Shown: positions 60,771-64,000 of the stretch, in pieces
Layout: each line of letters starts with the position of its first letter
Numbering within the stretch: the stretch's first letter is position 1
Source: Pristiophorus japonicus
Lineage: Eukaryota
Assembly: GCF_044704955.1 (NCBI RefSeq)
Contig: NC_091991.1
Coordinates: 115,258,001 to 115,322,000 of the forward strand
Length of the DNA: 64,000 nt
Direction of reading: 5' to 3'
Notes under the pieces: model-generated
Databases searched by the model: none
What the model was told of the DNA's origin: nothing
What the model saw: the letters and a program-made list of their open reading frames with translations, nothing else
Position numbers and translations under genes: made by a program

Positions 60771-63700
60771 TATTCCTTTTTCAAATGATACTGTATAACA
60801 ATGTTTTTGGCATTTAACAATAATCCCTACTGAGAAATTTATCTTCGATACAATATGTATCTGTTGTAAGCATGCAGGAATTTGGAGGACAAAGAGGAAA
60901 TGGCTTCCTCTAAGCATGCCCCACCCCATAGATATAAATACTGAATGTCTGACTATGGTAACCTATACAAAGTTTAATTCTCAGAATAGGGCATAACAGC
61001 CCTTGTATTATCGATACTCTAATCCAGGTACCAGTCTGTCTGAAATGGTTTATCTGTAAAACACAAGGAAAAATTCTGATTATAGGTACTTCCTTGAGTA
61101 GGAACATCATTACCATTGCATAGGGCTCAGCGAAAGGTCTGTGTTCATTGTTGCAAAGCAGTTTAACGGGAAGCCTTTCCAACAAGATGAGATAAAGGAG
61201 TGGCCTTTGCTACTTTCAATCTAATCCATGCAATAAGTTCCTGAGTCGGCACGGTGAAGAGTTGGAATGTGTCAAAGAACATAGAAGATAAACGGTTGGG
61301 GAAACCTGTTGCAGCAGCTGGTGAGATGATGTCAGTCCAATCTGGACCCCCCTTAACCCTCTTTCCCCAACTCCACCCCCAAAAAAACAGCCACAATGGT
61401 TAGGAGAAATAGTGATGGGATATCAACTGTATAGCTAATTCAGGGATAATTGGAGTTCAGCTTTTCAACCAAGAGTAGAATGGAGGTTAAGATTGTCTTC
61501 ACTGCTGGATATTGACATGGTGATGCTTGATATCAATTGTGTGAGCCAGATTGAAAGAATAATTGTACCAACATATCTTGTCTGCTGATTGGCGTGTTCT
61601 GGTATTTCCTACAGAAATGGGCTATGGATAAAGTTGAGACTCGAGTTTGCTCAGTTCACCTGATAACCAGGGATAGTGCCCAAGTGTTCCATAAAGGAAG
61701 GTTCACTGAAAGGTAGCCAGAGTCGGGAGTATATCATTCAAACACCCTGTAGGTGAAAATCTGGTTACTTGGGCCTTGTCAGAGACTACGCCACATCAAG
61801 TGACAGAGGCACTGGCCCCATTTAAAAAAAAAAATTAGACTGTTGGAAGTAATTCCTCAATCTGATTCAAAGATGGTCCATTCATTAAACTACCGAAAAG
61901 CTTTAAACTCTGAATATGTAAAATATCATTTTTCAAATTTTTGAAATCTCACTGAGCTGTTGCACTGATGTCATGAGTTGAATGACTGGCTGTTGCCATG
62001 GTCTTGGACTTGTGACATCATTCAGAGGACTAGTTTGTACTGAATAGGAGCTGCTGTCATTGTGGCAGCCGTGAAGATGTTGGTTATGGGTTTTGGTGGG
62101 GGATCTGGATGCTATATGAAATTCTTCAACTACGAACTTGAAGAGCAATGTAGAAATGCCTGCCTTGCATTTTGTTGACTTTATTGTGAATTGCTGCATA
62201 TTTGGTGTAAGTTTTGGAGCTATTTGATTTATACCGTAAGTATTTTTGAAAAGTCAACTAGAAAGTCTAAAATGAAATGCTTTGTAATAGAAGTACTCCA
62301 GCGTGCTGGAAGGGCTCTGGGGGCAGCTGTCCACCGCCAGCCAATGTGGCTTCATCCAGACCTCTGCTGCATTGGCCCATAATCACCAAGGGTTCGGCGA
62401 GAGCTGATGTTGCAGCAGTGATCAGCTGTTTTAGTGCTTGTTGGTTGCCAGCGTGTGCTGTTTTCCTGGTGTTGGGCAGTCCCAGTTGGCTCCGAAGGTA
62501 CAGTCCCCATTAAAACAAATGCAGTTGATCATGGATGCAGATGACCTCTCCTGGATAGCAAGTGGCCTAAAATCGAGGATGCAATTGGAGAAAGGGTTCT
62601 TGCTAAACTTTGCCCCTTTTTGGAGTATCTTTATCCTACATTGTTCCTTTCTTGTATCGAGAGCCATTGAAAAGTAAGGAGCCAGATAATCAGAAATCAA
62701 ACGGGGCCTTCCAGTAAGCCAGATGGCCATTTAGTAATCAATTTCTTGCAAAAAGGTGTTGCTGTAATCATGTCACTGTAATAAATAGAACGTGGGAGAG
62801 AAAGGCAGGATATCTGAGGTAATACGCTGCTTTGTGTGTTCAGCTTAAGCTGTGGGCAGCCAAGATTCCACTTCCTTCTGACATAAACATGCTTTCAGTG
62901 GGAGCAGGGGAAGAGATTAAATATTACAAAACTGGAGATCCAACCTCTGAATATTCTTAAAGCCACTCGAAGGGTCACCTATGCTGTTGCCCCTGGTAAC
63001 GGGTGATGAGCTGTCTTATGACAGGCGTGTTGTACTATTTATGCACTACGTATTATTCGGCTGCTGAGGTGGAGCTGTGTTTAAGTTGATCTGTGCCTTG
63101 CTTTAGGTAAACACAAGTGGCGATCAATCTACGTTTTAATTCCTGTTCAGAAGTTTGCACATGGAAAGGTTTATGTAAATTTGTGCCCCAAGTCAAGTGG
63201 GGTAAAACAGCATGAAAAGGAATGCCTTTTGTCTCTGTATATCTATAAATAATGAAATATTAATGGATAATGTAGTCTGCTGATGAATAAGGATACTGCT
63301 ACTTTGGGAATAGACAGTAGGAAATGGGTCAGGACTGATGGGTTGTATAAAAGCACAATACCATGTGATGCCAGTATGAATGGGGTGCTGCTAAATCTCT
63401 TCTACCCCCTTCCCCCCGCCCCCCCGGGGCCCCATCTAGGGGAAGGGCACAGTATTGTGCAGGTATCCAGTGCCATTATGGGCCTGGGATGTTGGACAGG
63501 TGGTGTACACAAGTTAATGCAGTTCAAAAAAGAATTTGTTGTATGAAGTGCATTGGAGTAGTTTTAACATAAGGTTATAAATAGAGGTTTATTAGTCAGA
63601 TTTACAGCTGTTTGATATGAGTGAAATGTGAACTGAACTGTTGAAATCTTGTGCTAGTTTGTGCCAAAAGAGAGATGCTTCAGCTGATAAGCTGGTGTCT

Positions 63701-63877
63701 GCCCCACTGCACCAAACACAGTGACAGCTTGGCACAGAAGGAGTGTGCAGTATTAGTACAGTAGAAGGGACTACTGCAGCTCCAGTCAGAGCAGCAAAAC
63801 AAAAGCTGGTTACCAGATTCTCTTGCACTGTGCACTATACCAAGTATGGTCAGCTTGCAGTGCATTTTTAGTGTCAA

Positions 63878-63981
63878 GAGAACATAAGAACATAAGAATT
63901 AGGAACAGGAGAAGGCCATCTAGCCCCTCGAGCCTGCTCCGCCATTCAACAAGATCGTGGCTGATCTGGGTGTGGACTCAT
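63878..63981 (-). mobile_element. CR1 3' tail fragment
   Basis: Near identical to 59946-60046. Confidence 0.8.
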
Positions 63982-64000
63982 TTATAATATCTATAACTTG

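Noticed and set aside
56280-64000. RAB11FIP3 exon 2 (expected VK.L..YLDPSGLG)
   Set aside because: I found no matching sequence; it presumably lies beyond the right edge.

Overview
This is eukaryotic (vertebrate) genomic DNA, and the repeat content (DeuSINE/SacSINE1-type SINEs, abundant CR1, L2, RTE, Penelope) points to a cartilaginous fish. Three spliced host genes can be rebuilt by hand with GT-AG junctions and consistent phases. (1) The 5' part of IFT140 lies on the minus strand: 11 coding exons from 37800 down to 1323, continuing beyond the left edge. (2) A complete peroxisomal 2,4-dienoyl-CoA reductase DECR2 lies on the plus strand: 8 coding exons, 40635-51238, ending in the PTS1 -AKL, head-to-head with IFT140. 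(3) The first coding exon of RAB11FIP3 (55962-56279) has an N-terminus built from a 45-bp minisatellite. Most ORFs in the track are decayed transposon fragments or antisense shadows. The largest structure is a TIR-bounded PIF/Harbinger transposon (11298-22122) with a DDE transposase and a convergent intron-containing Myb/SANT gene, interrupted by two nested CR1 LINEs, one near full length. A Gypsy LTR-PBS-gag remnant sits at the left edge. I found no convincing wholly new biological system. The best leads are the nested Harbinger, the stop-free in-frame last intron of DECR2, the VNTR-encoded RAB11FIP3 N-terminus, RFX X-box-like sites at both cilia-related genes, and an RTE-tailed non-autonomous element between the two divergent promoters. 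Gene and repeat identifications rest on my recall of family sequences, not on database searches, and repeat boundaries are approximate.
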